Below, in pieces: positions 26,411-38,723 of a stretch of DNA of 64,000 bases. The notes beneath the pieces are model-generated. The model made no database searches. It was given only the letters and a program-made list of their open reading frames with translations, and was not told the DNA's origin. Origin of the DNA: Eledone cirrhosa. Taxonomy: Eukaryota. How positions within the stretch are numbered: the stretch's first letter is position 1; each line of letters begins with the position of its first letter. The translations under genes and the position numbers were made by a program. The DNA lies in NCBI GenBank assembly GCA_964016885.1, contig OZ024740.1, positions 247,256,001-247,320,000 of the forward strand. The letters run 5' to 3'.

Positions 26411-27340
26411 GGAAGAAGATATTGTCAATTTACTTTTCAATTTACATATATCTATATGCATATATATTTGCGTATAATACCAATATGCACACTACATATG
26501 CTAGCAGAAAACCGCCTGAAGGGCGGTTTTTCTCCTAGTATATGTAATCTATATATGTATGTTTATATTTATATTGTGAAGCTTGTGCTAACCAGTAACG
26601 CAGGGCGAATTTTGAGTTATGCACCCAAGCTTTGAAAATTTCACTTCTGATGTTGAAACAAACCTTGTTTTAATATAGGGCCTGCACCTTTCCGCGATCA
26701 TCCAGCGGATGTTTTACTCCACGGAGCTTTCTTCAATTGTCAAACTTAAGTGGAGAGTTTTATTTAATTACTTTATTCCTGTTATTATACCTCTCTCTGA
26801 AGTACCGTTCTGCAAGTCTGACATATTGCTTAAGGAATCGGTTAAATGGACTGTTGCCTCATAAATCATAGCCTCTATTTTGGTGGCCCTGGTCCTATAT
26901 GAGCATCTAATCGCATTAGAGAGTATAGGTTTAGTAGTGAAAATTAGAAGTCAAGCTCAAACTAACATGTTATGCCTGTTGAATAGCTTCCTACATTCTT
27001 ATCTGTTAACGCTTTTGCCGATATTGGTTTTACCGTATTTGTTGGCAAAAGCGATGTTAACTCGATTGCGTTTCGGCGTCTTTGAGCTTGCGCTATAGCT
27101 AATGTTCCCTTAAATACACTCACCTTTAGGGCATCGTTGTAATAAGGGTTCTCTTTATTGAATATATCTCTGCTAGATGAGACGTTGGAATCCCATTCAA
27201 GGGATTGAAAGAACTACCTTAAAATGCTCTACGTAGAATCAACTTCCCAGGGGCATATATAGTAAGTAATAAGACACATAGTACTCCATACGGTGCGTCA
27301 TAAATTAAATGCCTGTCAAGTATTGAGGAAAATTCTTCTC

Positions 27341-27405
<65 letters not shown>

Positions 27406-27747
27406 TCTCTCTCCCGCTCTCTCTCTCTCTCTCTCTCTCCCTCTCTCTCCCTCTCTCACTCTCTCTCTTGTGTCATGCAGAAAGGAAGAGCGAAAAAGAA
27501 AAAGAGAAAGGAACACACATATACATATGTGTATGTGTGTGTGTGTGTGTGTGTGTGTTGTATTTGTGTGTGTGTTTATGTGCTTTACGTGTGCATGTGT
27601 GTTTACGTGGCAGTAAGAGTTACATGAACTGAACTGAGTACATCTTAACTCTTCCAGACGATATACTATTCACACTGAAAGTGTTCCACGAATAATTTCA
27701 AATCCTCTCAAATCACGCACACACGCACACTGAAACTCACCCGCCCC

Positions 27748-27823
<76 letters not shown>

Positions 27824-27938
27824 AAGTAATTCCGTCGGAAAGGTCCAGGAATGTATGTATATATTTATATATATACATATATATATATACATACATACAT
27901 ATACACACACACATATTTATAAATACATATATATGTAT

Positions 27939-27986
<48 letters not shown>

Positions 27987-28216
27987 TTGTGTGTGTGTAT
28001 GTGTGTGGCTGTGTGTGTGTGTATGTATGTATATATATATATATATAAACACACACACACCAATGGTGCGACCGCACTTTAAACATATGTGTTTAACTAT
28101 AAATATCTGATATGTTTATATATTCTAGATTGGTGTAGTGTAATGTTGAACAACCCAGCGCCATCTGCCGGAGGGGTGTGTATAGAAATTGTGTGAATTT
28201 TGTCTATTGGTTTTTA

Positions 28217-28273
<57 letters not shown>

Positions 28274-28544
28274 TGACTGGGTGTTTTTGTCTGTGTGAGT
28301 GCGTAACTTATATAGATACTTAGTCTATTTGTGTGATTTTTGTTGTTGTTTAAGCCCACTGTCTTTTTGTAGATATAGTGTATCTCGAAGTACACTAACC
28401 AATGTGTTCTTGAGGTTTAAGATTAGAGTGGGATTTTAAGGAACTCCGCTAGTTATCTCTAGCAGAGCAAGCGACCAGGTAAAAAGTTCCCTTGTTGACT
28501 GTTGGTGGTGGTAGTAGTGGTCGTGGCAGTGGTGTTGATGGTGG

Positions 28545-28808
28545 TGTAGTGGCTGAGATGGTCGCTTGGTAGCTAGCAGTTGCCTCCCCTTAACAACCCT
28601 TCAGGGAAGGGAGGCAAAAATACACCCGGACACAGCCACAGGTTCACACACTCTTTTTGGACCACGGACATGAACAGACGTGGAAAGACCCGCTCCTCAA
28701 AATATTGACGTTGTAGGAAATTTACTAAATTATTGCATTAAATAAAATGATTGTTAGACTTGATTGTGCATTTATTTATTCGACAAAGAGAAACATAACT
28801 TTCCTTTA
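28545..28808 (+). repeat. 5' LTR (TGTAG...CTTTA)
   Basis: No difference from 33667-33930 seen by eye. Confidence 0.95.
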
Positions 28809-28809
28809 T

Positions 28810-28822
28810 TGGCGACCCTGAC
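28810..28822 (+). promoter_or_regulatory. Primer-binding site, tRNA-Trp-like
   Basis: TGGCGACCCTGAC 1 nt after the LTR; resembles the tRNA-Trp PBS TGGTGACCCCGAC with 2 differences. Confidence 0.65.
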
Positions 28823-29341
28823 GATAAAGAATGAAAACGCAGCCTATTGGAGTCCGAAATTCTTTTTAACGGCAATGTGGAATGGCTTAACATTTGGAAT
28901 GTCCGAATCACTTAGCGTAAGTCCTTAAAATTCATTATATTCCATTTGTTATAGCACGCATACAGACAAACACAAAAATACAACACACAACAAAAAAAAA
29001 AAAAAAAAAAAAAAAAGGATTTCTCTGGAAATAGATTTTTGCTTCCAACATTCTGTGGAAATTACAAATGGAGATATTTCGTTTTCCCGCGTTCAGCCTG
29101 TCTTCTCCAATCCCAGCCATCTGATTGGCTGCATCGTGCCTCATGACGGCTTCATCACGGACACATTTTAAATCAGCCATCTTGGATTATCTGACCATCA
29201 ATTTTCATGGAAAATGATTTTTTTTTATTATTAAAATTTTCTTTGGAATATTTTTTTTTAAAGAAAAAAATTACCAGCAATCAGCAGCAACACCTGGCTA
29301 ACTATTGACCAACACCAAAAAGTCATCAAATACGTGGCACC

Positions 29342-30127
29342 ATGAGTCAACATCATTTGCCGTCCTTCGCAGGCGACATCAAGTTGTGGTTTGCGCAGCT
29401 GGAATGTTTCTTCGAATTGACGAGGACAAAGGAACAGCATAGGCTGAAGGTCCTGATCAATGGCCTACCTGTTTCCTTGGCATTCTCGGTGAGGGACGTT
29501 GTGACGGATTTAGACGCCGACGTTACCTACGGCTCATTAAAAAAAGAAATCCTTCGCCGAAATACCAAGTCGGTAGAGAGCCGTTTTCGGGAGTTGTTGG
29601 ACGATGCTCAAATGGGTGACAGGAAGCCGAGCTCCTATTTGCGACATTTGCGGGAGTTGAGCGACTCTCAGGGGATTGACACCCCCTTCATAAAGCAACT
29701 TTTTTTCTCACGCCTACCACCAAGTGCGCAAGGAATATTGGTCAATAGTTTAGAGAAGGATTCATTAGAACAACTTGCCGCGTCCGCGGATAGGATACTT
29801 GAGGTGGACTCGAACAGCAATCAGCATAATGCTTATGTGGCTTCAGCTTGCGTCCCTCCACGTAGTTCTTCTGTGGCCGACGGCAAACTGTTGGAGTTGA
29901 TTGAAGCTCTCACCAAAAAGGTAGAGGATTTGACGGTACATCAGAGAGAGCCTTCTCAACGTTTGAGGTATCGTTCGCCGCCGTCCTCTATTCATCGCCA
30001 GCACTACAACGCAGGCAACAATAATTCTTCGTTGTGTTGGTACCATGCTAACTTCGGCAGTAGGGCGCAACGTTGTCGCACGCCCTGTGATTATAAGAGA
30101 TCGGGAAACGCAAAGCAGAGCCACTAG
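29342..30127 (+). CDS. gag: Gag of the Ty3/gypsy element
   Basis: LPSF..D..LWFAQLE..F, GDRKPS..LRHL, C-X2-H-X9-C-X3-C ([18 protein letters not shown]). Confidence 0.92.
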   Translation: MSQHHLPSFAGDIKLWFAQLECFFELTRTKEQHRLKVLINGLPVSLAFSVRDVVTDLDADVTYGSLKKEILRRNTKSVESRFRELLDDAQMGDRKPSSYLRHLRELSDSQGIDTPFIKQLFFSRLPPSAQGILVNSLEKDSLEQLAASADRILEVDSNSNQHNAYVASACVPPRSSSVADGKLLELIEALTKKVEDLTVHQREPSQRLRYRSPPSSIHRQHYNAGNNNSSLCWYHANFGSRAQRCRTPCDYKRSGNAKQSH

Positions 30128-30149
30128 GAGCGGCTAGTGAACTCTGGGA
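30103..30149 (+). promoter_or_regulatory. -1 programmed ribosomal frameshift signal
   Basis: G_GGA_AAC in the gag frame (30103-30109), 7-nt spacer, hairpin AGAG-C-CACTAG-GAGCGG-CTAGTG-AA-CTCT. Confidence 0.8.
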
Positions 30150-33100
30150 AAACCGACCGAACCGCCATCTTTTCGTATACGACCTGCGGTCAAAAAAATA
30201 TTTCCTTGTCGATACTGGCGCGTCGCTGAATATTTGGCCTGTCAGTTATCTCAAAAAAAGCCCAGCCGAAGCAGATATAAATCTACGAGCAGTCAACCAC
30301 ACGGCCATTCGAACGTATGGGCAAATTTCGCTTCCGCTTCGGTTAAAAAATTTGCGGCGTGATTTAAGGTGGAAGTTTACTGTCGCCGACTTGCCATACG
30401 CCATTTTGGGAGCGGACTTTCTCCACCATTTTTCCTTGTTGGTGGACATTCGCAGACAACGCCTTGTTGATTCTGAAACAGGCCTTTCTTTCGAGGGTTC
30501 AGAGCCGGACGTCGCCACCGTCAGCCCTTCCTTTTTCTTGGCTGAAGTGGGCAACCAGTATCAAAGCCTGCTACATTCATTCCCTCAGTTGACGCAAGGA
30601 AAGTTAAGAATAACTAGCCCGGATCATGCGATTGAACACTTCATATCCACTACAGGTCCACCTGTTTTCTCACGTCCTCGAAGATTGTCTACAGAGAAGT
30701 TGAAAGCTGCACGCCTTGAATTCGACCACATGCTGGAATTGGGAATAATTCGGCGCTCCACAAGTCCTTGGGCATCGCCTCTGCATATGGTACCTAGATC
30801 TTCTGGGGATTGGAGACCGACGGGTGACTACCGACGCTTAAACGCGATTACTGTGCCTGACCGTTATCCAATCCCGCATTTGCAGGATTTTGCGTCGTCA
30901 TTGCAGGGTTGCAGAATCTTTTCTAAGCTTGATTTGATCCGCGCTTATAACCAAATTCCGGTTAACGAGGAGGATATCCCAAAGACTGCTATTGCCACTC
31001 CTTTCGGATCGTTCGAGTTCCTCACTATGCCTTTCGGCCTTAGAAACGCTGCAAGTACCTTCCAACGATTTATGGATGATATTACTCGGGGCCTGGATTT
31101 TGTGTACACGTATATCGACGACGTGTTGATTGCTAGTTCTTCCCCTCAGCAGCATTCAAAGCATCTGGATCTCGTATTTCGACGTTTACAGAGATATAAT
31201 GTTCGAATTAATGCTTCCAAGTGTGTTTTCGGCTCGACTTCACTAACATTTTTAGGCCATCTGATTGACGCCGATGGTATTCGACCTCTTCCTGAGAAGG
31301 TTAAGGCAGTATCGGATTTGCCTCCGCCAAGTTCACTGCGTCAATTGCGTCAATTCCTGGGCCTTGTAAATTTTTATAGGCGATTCGTACCTGGTTGTTC
31401 CAAATTGCTGTTCTCGTTGACAGAGATTTTTAAGGGTTGCCGGCGTAAGAATATGGACATTTCCTTAAATGAAACGCAGCTTGATGATTTTAAAAAAGTG
31501 AAAAAGGCGTTAGCGAACGCGTCTTTGCTCGTCCACCCAGTACCCAACGCCGAGCTATCGCTCTGTGTTGATGCTTCGGATAGCGCCGTGGGCGCAGTCT
31601 TACAGCAGAAGGGTGATGGGGTACAGCAACCACTCGAGTTCTTTTCGAGGAAGTTAAAGCCTGCAGAAACTCGCTATAGCACCTTTGGAAGGGAGCTATT
31701 AGCAATTTATTTATCAGTGAAACATTTTGCTCATGTACTTGAAGGTAGAACATTCACCATTTTCACTGATCATAAACCCTTGACGTTTGCTCTTCGAACT
31801 AAGGCAGACAAATACTCGCCCAGAGAAACGAGACATCTGGACTTCATCTCACAGTTCACGAACGACATTCAACATATTCCGGGTTCTTTGAATACAGCGG
31901 CCGATGCGCTGTCTCGCCTGCCGATCGCATCGATTTCGTCTTCCGAGGAGATAGATTTACATCGAATGGCAGCTGCCCAACCCACTCTCGAATCGTTGGA
32001 TGTTACATCGCCAGAGTTTGTGCATTGCAAACTGAAATACATTCCGATCTCAACTGCTGACGGACAGATACTGTGTGATGTTTCGTTGGACTCACCACGA
32101 CCTCTAGTCCCAATGGAACATCGACGAACTGCGTTTCTCGCTTTACATGGCATTTCTCACCCAGGAGTATCAGCCTCAGTAAAACTCATAACAGCCAGAT
32201 TTTTCTGGCCTGGTATGAGACGTGACATTGCTGCTTGGTGTCGTTCCTGTGTCGCTTGCCAACAAGCGAAAGTTCATAGACATGTTAAGGCTCCTCTCGG
32301 AACCTTCACCTGCCCCGATGCAAGATTTCGTCACATTCATGTGGACATCGTCGGCCCGTGGCCGGTTAGTCGTGGTTTTTCGTATCTTTTGACGATTGTT
32401 GACCGTTTTTCGCGTTGGCCTGAAGCCGTCCCTATAACAGATATCACCGCCGAAACCACAGCCCGTACCCTCGTATCTTCGTGGATCGCTCGTTTCGGTG
32501 TACCAACCACCATAACAACGGATCGTGGTCGTCAATTCGAGTCTAACCTCTTCCGAGAGCTAACTCAAATCCTGGGGGCTACTCGAATAAGAACCACGGC
32601 TTACCACCCAGCCTCAAACGGAATGGTGGAAAGATTCCACAGGCAGCTCAAAGCCTCCTTAAGGGCTTCCATGGACTCTTCACGTTGGAGCGAGTACCTA
32701 CCCATTGTATTGTTGGGTATTCGGTCGACGGTAAAGGTGGACCTTGGGTTCTCCTCTGCCGAATTAGTTTATGGTACGCCTCTGGCGTTACCGGGGCAAA
32801 TGCTGGCCCCTTTTGACCTGACTTCGCAGGACCCCGCTTCCTACGTGTCCCGGCTTCACTCTTATTTCAAGGATCTACCACCGATGGGCACTAGGAAGCA
32901 GACTGTAAAAACTGCCGTCCCAAGGGATATTGCCTTGTGGACCCATGTGTTCGTTAGAGACGACGCCGTGAGACCCCCTCTTCAACGGCCGTACTCTGGA
33001 CCCTATCGTGTGCTTGCTCGCACAGACAAACATTTCACACTGGACATTCGGGGTTCCAGGGAAACGGTTTCCGTTGATCGTCTCAAACGAGCAAACCTGG

Positions 33101-33258
33101 ACAATGACACAATGACACTTGAAACTCAAATGCCCCCCTCTTTTTCTTTGCCACACAGGCCTATTTCTTCCCCTCCCCCACCATCAACACACAGAACTAC
33201 GACCCGTTCTGGGCGAAGGGTGCATTGGCCCCGTAAGCTATGCAGTAATATAAACTGA
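30103..33258 (+). CDS. pol: Pol (protease-RT-RNase H-integrase), reached by -1 frameshift from gag
   Basis: The frame of ORF 30352-33258 is open from 30103 and contains FLVDTGAS; then YIDD, DAS..AVGAVL, TDHKPL, HHCC (H..SHPG..C..CQ), [21 protein letters not shown]. Confidence 0.93.
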   Translation, partial: GKRKAEPLGAASELWENRPNRHLFVYDLRSKKYFLVDTGASLNIWPVSYLKKSPAEADINLRAVNHTAIRTYGQISLPLRLKNLRRDLRWKFTVADLPYAILGADFLHHFSLLVDIRRQRLVDSETGLSFEGSEPDVATVSPSFFLAEVGNQYQSLLHSFPQLTQGKLRITSPDHAIEHFISTTGPPVFSRPRRLSTEKLKAARLEFDHMLELGIIRRSTSPWASPLHMVPRSSGDWRPTGDYRRLNAITVPDRYPIPHLQDFASSLQGCRIFSKLDLIRAYNQIPVNEEDIPKTAIATPFGSFEFLTMPFGLRNAASTFQRFMDDITRGLDFVYTYIDDVLIASSSPQQHSKHLDLVFRRLQRYNVRINASKCVFGSTSLTFLGHLIDADGIRPLPEKVKAVSDLPPPSSLRQLRQFLGLVNFYRRFVPGCSKLLFSLTEIFKGCRRKNMDISLNETQLDDFKKVKKALANASLLVHPVPNAELSLCVDASDSAVGAVLQQKGDGVQQPLEFFSRKLKPAETRYSTFGRELLAIYLSVKHFAHVLEGRTFTIFTDHKPLTFALRTKADKYSPRETRHLDFISQFTNDIQHIPGSLNTAADALSRLPIASISSSEEIDLHRMAAAQPTLESLDVTSPEFVHCKLKYIPISTADGQILCDVSLDSPRPLVPMEHRRTAFLALHGISHPGVSASVKLITARFFWPGMRRDIAAWCRSCVACQQAKVHRHVKAPLGTFTCPDARFRHIHVDIVGPWPVSRGFSYLLTIVDRFSRWPEAVPITDITAETTARTLVSSWIARFGVPTTITTDRGRQFESNLFRELTQILGATRIRTTAYHPASNGMVERFHRQLKASLRASMDSSRWSEYLPIVLLGIRSTVKVDLGFSSAELVYGTPLALPGQMLAPFDLTSQDPASYVSRLHSYFKDLPPMGTRKQTVKTAVPRDIALWTHVFVRDDAVRPPLQRPYSGPYRVLARTDKHFTLDIRGSRETVSVDRLKRANLDNDTMTLETQMPPSFSLPHRPISSPPPPSTHRTTTRSGRRVHWPRKLCSNIN

Positions 33259-33666
33259 ATTATATATATTTTTTTTTTTTTGTTTTGTTTTGTTATTTTT
33301 TTCCTTCCAATTGTTTTTGTTGTACATTGCATTTTGTTACTTATGGATTCTTGACTGCCTACGGCAGTGTCAATATATTATATTTTGCGTAACATTACGA
33401 CTGTTGTCAATTCTGACACAGTCCCTTTTTTTTTGGTGCATTTTTATAACTATGCTACATATGGCATTTTCATTGCCTAGCAAAACATTTTTTTTCCTTG
33501 TTTATCGCATCTGGGGCCCCTTTATTGCGAAGAGTGTTATCTTTTCATGCATTTTGCATCTTTTACTGTACGTTTTTTTTTTTGTTGATACATTCTTCTA
33601 CATTTTGTAAACTACCTTCGCTTCATTGTTAACGATTTTGCGACAAAAAATCTGCTCCGAGGTGAA

Positions 33667-33930
33667 TGTAGTGGCTGAGATGGTCGCTTGGTAGCTAGCA
33701 GTTGCCTCCCCTTAACAACCCTTCAGGGAAGGGAGGCAAAAATACACCCGGACACAGCCACAGGTTCACACACTCTTTTTGGACCACGGACATGAACAGA
33801 CGTGGAAAGACCCGCTCCTCAAAATATTGACGTTGTAGGAAATTTACTAAATTATTGCATTAAATAAAATGATTGTTAGACTTGATTGTGCATTTATTTA
33901 TTCGACAAAGAGAAACATAACTTTCCTTTA
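33667..33930 (+). repeat. 3' LTR
   Basis: Matches the 5' LTR; preceded by the short purine-rich tract GAGGTGAA. Confidence 0.95.
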
Positions 33931-33986
33931 GTGGTATTAGTGGTGTTCTTAATGTTGTTGGCAGTTTTGACGGTGTTGGTGATAAT

Positions 33987-34171
33987 AATCGTTTCTACTT
34001 TTTGGCACAAGGCCAGCAATTACCCAGTGCATTACTGGTACTTTATTTTATCGACCCCGTAAGGATGAAAGGCAAAGTCAACCTCAGTGGGATTTGAACT
34101 CAGATCGTTAAGGGACGTAACTATGCTGGAAAGCATGGCGTCCGATCCTTAACCGATACTGCTAATCCACC
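33987..34171 (-). mobile_element. tRNA-derived SINE
   Basis: Same family as 11644-11830. Confidence 0.85.
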
Positions 34172-34595
34172 GGTGTTGTTGATAATAATGAAAGTGTTGT
34201 TAGTGGTAGTACTAGTGGTAATGTTAGTGATAGTTTTCCTAGTGGTAGTAATGGTGGTGGCAATCCTGTTGGCGGGCGAATTGTAGCGGTGTCACGTTGT
34301 GTCCTTCAGCAATACACTTTATTTCACATTGATCCAGTAATACACTTTATTTTACATTGATCCAATCCAGTGTTTAAGCATGTGCATTCTCTTAGAATAA
34401 GTGACTGCATGCATGTGTGTGAATGTGTTCGTTTAATTTAATTTTTTAAATCCCTAACAATAAAGAAAAAAAAAATATTACCAATATAGAAACGTGGCTC
34501 TTTTACTGGAATCTAACCGACAAAAATTAATTTCATATGTGTGTATGTTATGTTATATATGTATGTTTGTATGTATGTGTGTATGTATGTATGTT

Positions 34596-37500
34596 CTTCT
34601 GGTTTTATAATATCACAATTTTTTTCCCAATAAAGAGAGAGTCGGGTTCTAATATAGACACAAGACTCTCTCATTGGAATTTACACAACATTAACTAGGT
34701 AGATTATGTATGCATGTGTAGATATGGATGTTATTGTATGTGTTAATGTGTATGTTTTGAGTTGTATGTGTGCATGTGTATATGCTTTGCATCTGTACAT
34801 GTGTAAATGCAGTTATTAGATGCAACATTTTTGGAATGTTTTACATATTTTTACTGTTCCATTAATGGATTGTACTTGTAATTTCCTAACTAGTTGTGTT
34901 TTTTCTGTTCCTGTGAAGCCTAGCTTCTCAATATTTGTATTGAGGCAGTTACTAACATACCCCAGTGCCCCAATAATCACAGGCATAAATCTGAAGGTGT
35001 AATCAGGGTGGAGTATCTGCAGATTTCTCATCAGTTCTGCATAAATATTCTCATTTTCGTTAATCTTTGATATTATATTGGCATCTGCTGGGCAGCTAAT
35101 TTCCACTACTGTGCATGCTTTCATCTCTCTGACCCATATCATAATATCTGGTCTGTTATGGCTGCATTTTATTGGGGTTTTTAATGGAACATTCCACCAG
35201 TACTCTTTCATATTATGTATATAGATGTCTTCCACATTGCTGTAGCTTTTAATGTGTTTATTATCGGGGCTATCTTTAACGAACTGCATTGTTCAGTGTT
35301 TTGGTCACTACATCATGCCTCATAGGTAGATAGTATCGCGATGACATCTTTGGACAGCTGCTGATGACATGGGTGATATCCTCGATGTTAGTTCTGCAGA
35401 GTCTGCACTTTTTATCACATCTAGGTGTTTTGCTTGCATCCCTATCTCTTTTGTGAATCAGGTATTTCGTTTTAATCTCCTGTTCTTGGATTGCAAAAGC
35501 GTATCCTTCAAAGTGGGAGCCAATATAGCGGTTGTTGGTCCAAGATAGACTACTTTCCTGAACTATATTGCTCTCACTCTGGAGCTTCCTGGCAACATAT
35601 CCATGCATGATTTTTTGCTGATAAGCATGCAGTTTTTCATCCATGGATTCACTGCGATACTGCTGAGCGACTTCGCTGGGTGTCATTTTTTTTATTATCA
35701 CAAGGGGAATATCTCTCGAGGAGTTCCTTCCCAACTTTCATGATCTTGTCAGTTTCATGAAGATAGACTTGCTCGAGAAACGGGCTCCTACGCTTCGAGG
35801 TTCGTAGATGTTGTCGGAGAGATATGATGCGACATTCAAATGTTGTCTGAGCTGATGTTAGGCCTCTGCCTCCCTGCTTACGTTTCAAGTAAAGGCGGTT
35901 TATGTCACTGTTGATGCGGAAGTTTCCGGTATGGTTTAGTATTTTTCGAGTTCCAACATCAACTGCTCGGATTTTGTCTATCGTCCAATTGAGTATTCCA
36001 AACGTTGGTGTTAGGACAGGCACAGCAAACACATTGTGAGCCACTGTTTTGTTTTGTGCAGAGAGTTCCGATGATCAGATCTTTCTTAATCGGGTGTAGT
36101 ATTTCCTGGTTACGCGTTCTTTATTACAGATACCATTATAGGATATGTTCTCATCTATCCCCAGGTATCTGTAGCAGTCCTCATCAGATATCGGTGAAAC
36201 AGTTAGGCCATTGATGACAATGTTGCTAGATTGGGTTGTTGTTTTTCCCCGCTTTACAGTCATGTATGAGCATTTATCTTGGCCAAACTCCATTCCTATA
36301 TCCTTTGAGAACGTTGTAATCAGGTCAAGATTTTTCTTCATCCCATGTTCTTGGCATAGAATTTCAGATCGTCCACAAAGAAATAATGGGTTAGGTTCGT
36401 ATTTCTGTCCTCTTGTGAGCCAATGATGTATCCCTCACATTTCTTGAGCAGAAAGGACAAGGGGTTTAATGACAAGATGAATAATATCACACAGAAACTG
36501 TCCCTCTGAAATATGCCCCTGCAATATTTTATTTTATCAGTGAAAATAGAGTCCTTCCTCTCTGTCCTTAGAATAGTAGCCCAAGAAGAAGACAGCCTCT
36601 CTATGGCTCTGAAAATAATGTCTGGGACTTTAGCAAGTTGGAGGGCCTCTATCATCCAAGAGTGGGGAACAGAATCGAAAGCTTTCCTGTAATCCAGCCA
36701 GACAGTAGCCATATTCCTCCTAAGTTGTCGCACCTCCGACATCGCAGTTTTGTTGATTAGGAGTTGTTCAGCACATCCCCAAACCCCTTTCTTTCTAGCT
36801 GCTTGTTCATCTGTGATGATGTTATTATTTTCACAGTGATCTTGGAGGAATAGGTTCAGGCAGGCTGTATACATCTTATACATCAGGTTCTGGCATGCAA
36901 TGGGTCGGTAGTTTTTTGCCAAGTGGATGTCTTTGTTCTTTGGGATAGTGTAATGTTTGTGCTAAGTCAACCATTCTGGTATAAGTGTATCTCCCTTAAG
37001 AACTTGTTGGTAGAGGTCAGTAAGATACCTCCGATAGAATATCAGTTTTTTGTACCAGTAGCCGACAATCATGTCTCTTCCTGGTGTTTTCTGGTCTTGG
37101 GGTTTTCCTATCACAGTCTCAAGGGTACCCTCAGTTATTTCGTTTGTTTTTGTTGTAGTGTAGGAGCAATAGTTCTTTCGGATTTCTTTTAACCACACTG
37201 CATCTTGGTTGAAATTCTTCTTTTCACCCCATATTTTGCTCCAAAAGGAATCTATGTCTTTCTGGGATGGGGCCTCAGTGACACTTATTATTTTCTTCTT
37301 CATATCTCTATAGACTGATGTTTGGTTTCGTCTAAAACTTTTATTAAACACATTTCTCTTATCTACCTTCTTCAGGTATCGGCGTTTTTCTCTAACAGCT
37401 CTCAATTCTTGTTTAAGGGTGATCAGCTTATATTGAAGATTTCTGGTTCTACTGTTACCAAACATCGTCATCGTCTCTATTTTATTTTTCACTCTTTGTT

Positions 37501-38691
37501 GGTGAGGAGTGAGGCTTTTTTGTATTTGTTTGCATGTAAGGAGCATTGTCACATATCCTATGGTTTTTTTGTAGGTCAGCAATCTGTTTTTCTATTTTAC
37601 TTATATATGATGGTATTTTTGGTGGTGTTTTGTTCTTATTAATATCTCTGCTATCACCACTGTCGTTGCTAAGGCATATAAACAGACGTTGATTTGCCAA
37701 AATGTTGGGGTTTTATCTGTCGTAAATATTCATCCTCTATTTCGTCAATAACACGTAATATTTCATTATTTGGTTTTTTATTAAGCATTGTAGTTTTAAC
37801 ACGTTCAGCAAGAGAGATATTTATACATGAGTTAATTTCTCTCTGGAAGATTTCGTTGAGGGAAATTTTCAATTGTTTATACTTTTGATTATTATCATTA
37901 GTATTTTCCACAACAGTCGAGGTAGACTCGGATGGTACGCGTGGTGTCAAATTTCTTCGATTATTATTATTATTATTCGATTATTATTATTATCGATAGT
38001 GTTTTCCCCAGCATTCGAGGCAGACTCAGATGGTACACGTGGTGCCAAGTTTCTTACAGGCATAGTTGTTTCAAGGCGCTGTTCGACCTGGCTGCTAGGA
38101 AGTCTAGTAGCATGGCACCTGTAGCACGTGTTGTTGATAACATGTTTGTTGTGGGGGGACTTACAATTAATAATATTTATATTATTTTTACGTTCAACAA
38201 ACATCGCTTGTTGGTGTAATTGTTTCGCTGTGAAATAATTTAGCTCTGGGTGCATTTCGTCCCAGTGTAGCTTCATTCTATTCATATAGCCAATGGAGGG
38301 ATTGTTTTTGCTATTTTATAACAATTAAATAAATCATTATTAAGTCCCCAACTCCAAGAGAAACACGATTTATAATTTCGGTTTCTAGTTACAACTGAAT
38401 AAAGTGTGTTTACCTTTCTTGTTTGTTGTCTTCGGTACTTCCTTAATTTTGTTGTTGATGTTGTGTTCAGCCATGCTGTTTGTAGCAAATCCTTGTAAAA
38501 TGAATTATGTATTTAGTCGGATATCTCTATGAATTCGAATAAAAAGTGTCTTCAGAAGATATAGTTAGAAGAATAACCAGTTATTCAACATGACTGTAGT
38601 TGTGGCATTACTGTCGGAGATAGTATTCATCTTAAATTTAATAAATAGTCTCCCACGCCAAAGTATGCGACTGATCGCGTTGACTGTATAG

Positions 38692-38693
<2 letters not shown>
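34596..38693 (-). mobile_element. Near full-length but frameshifted R4/Dong-like non-LTR retrotransposon (RT plus RLE)
   Basis: NYRPIAC.N..YK, DYRKAFDSVPHSW, GIFQ.DS, FVDDLK, YRYLG, GGRGL, CRLC...E.I.HVISSC, RHD, NRPDI...VEISCP; (TACA)n at both ends. Confidence 0.88.

Positions 38694-38723
<30 letters not shown>

Larger units (their letters stand above)
28545..33930 (+). mobile_element. Full-length Ty3/gypsy LTR retrotransposon, CsRn1/Kabuki/Boudicca-like
   Basis: 264-bp LTRs, 4-bp TSD GTGG (28541-28544 / 33931-33934), PBS, gag with CHCC motif, PR-RT-RH-IN order. Confidence 0.96.

Noticed and set aside
28819-28840. CTGACGA...GAAA after the 5' LTR
   Set aside because: Overlaps the PBS and has no stem II or stem I pairing.
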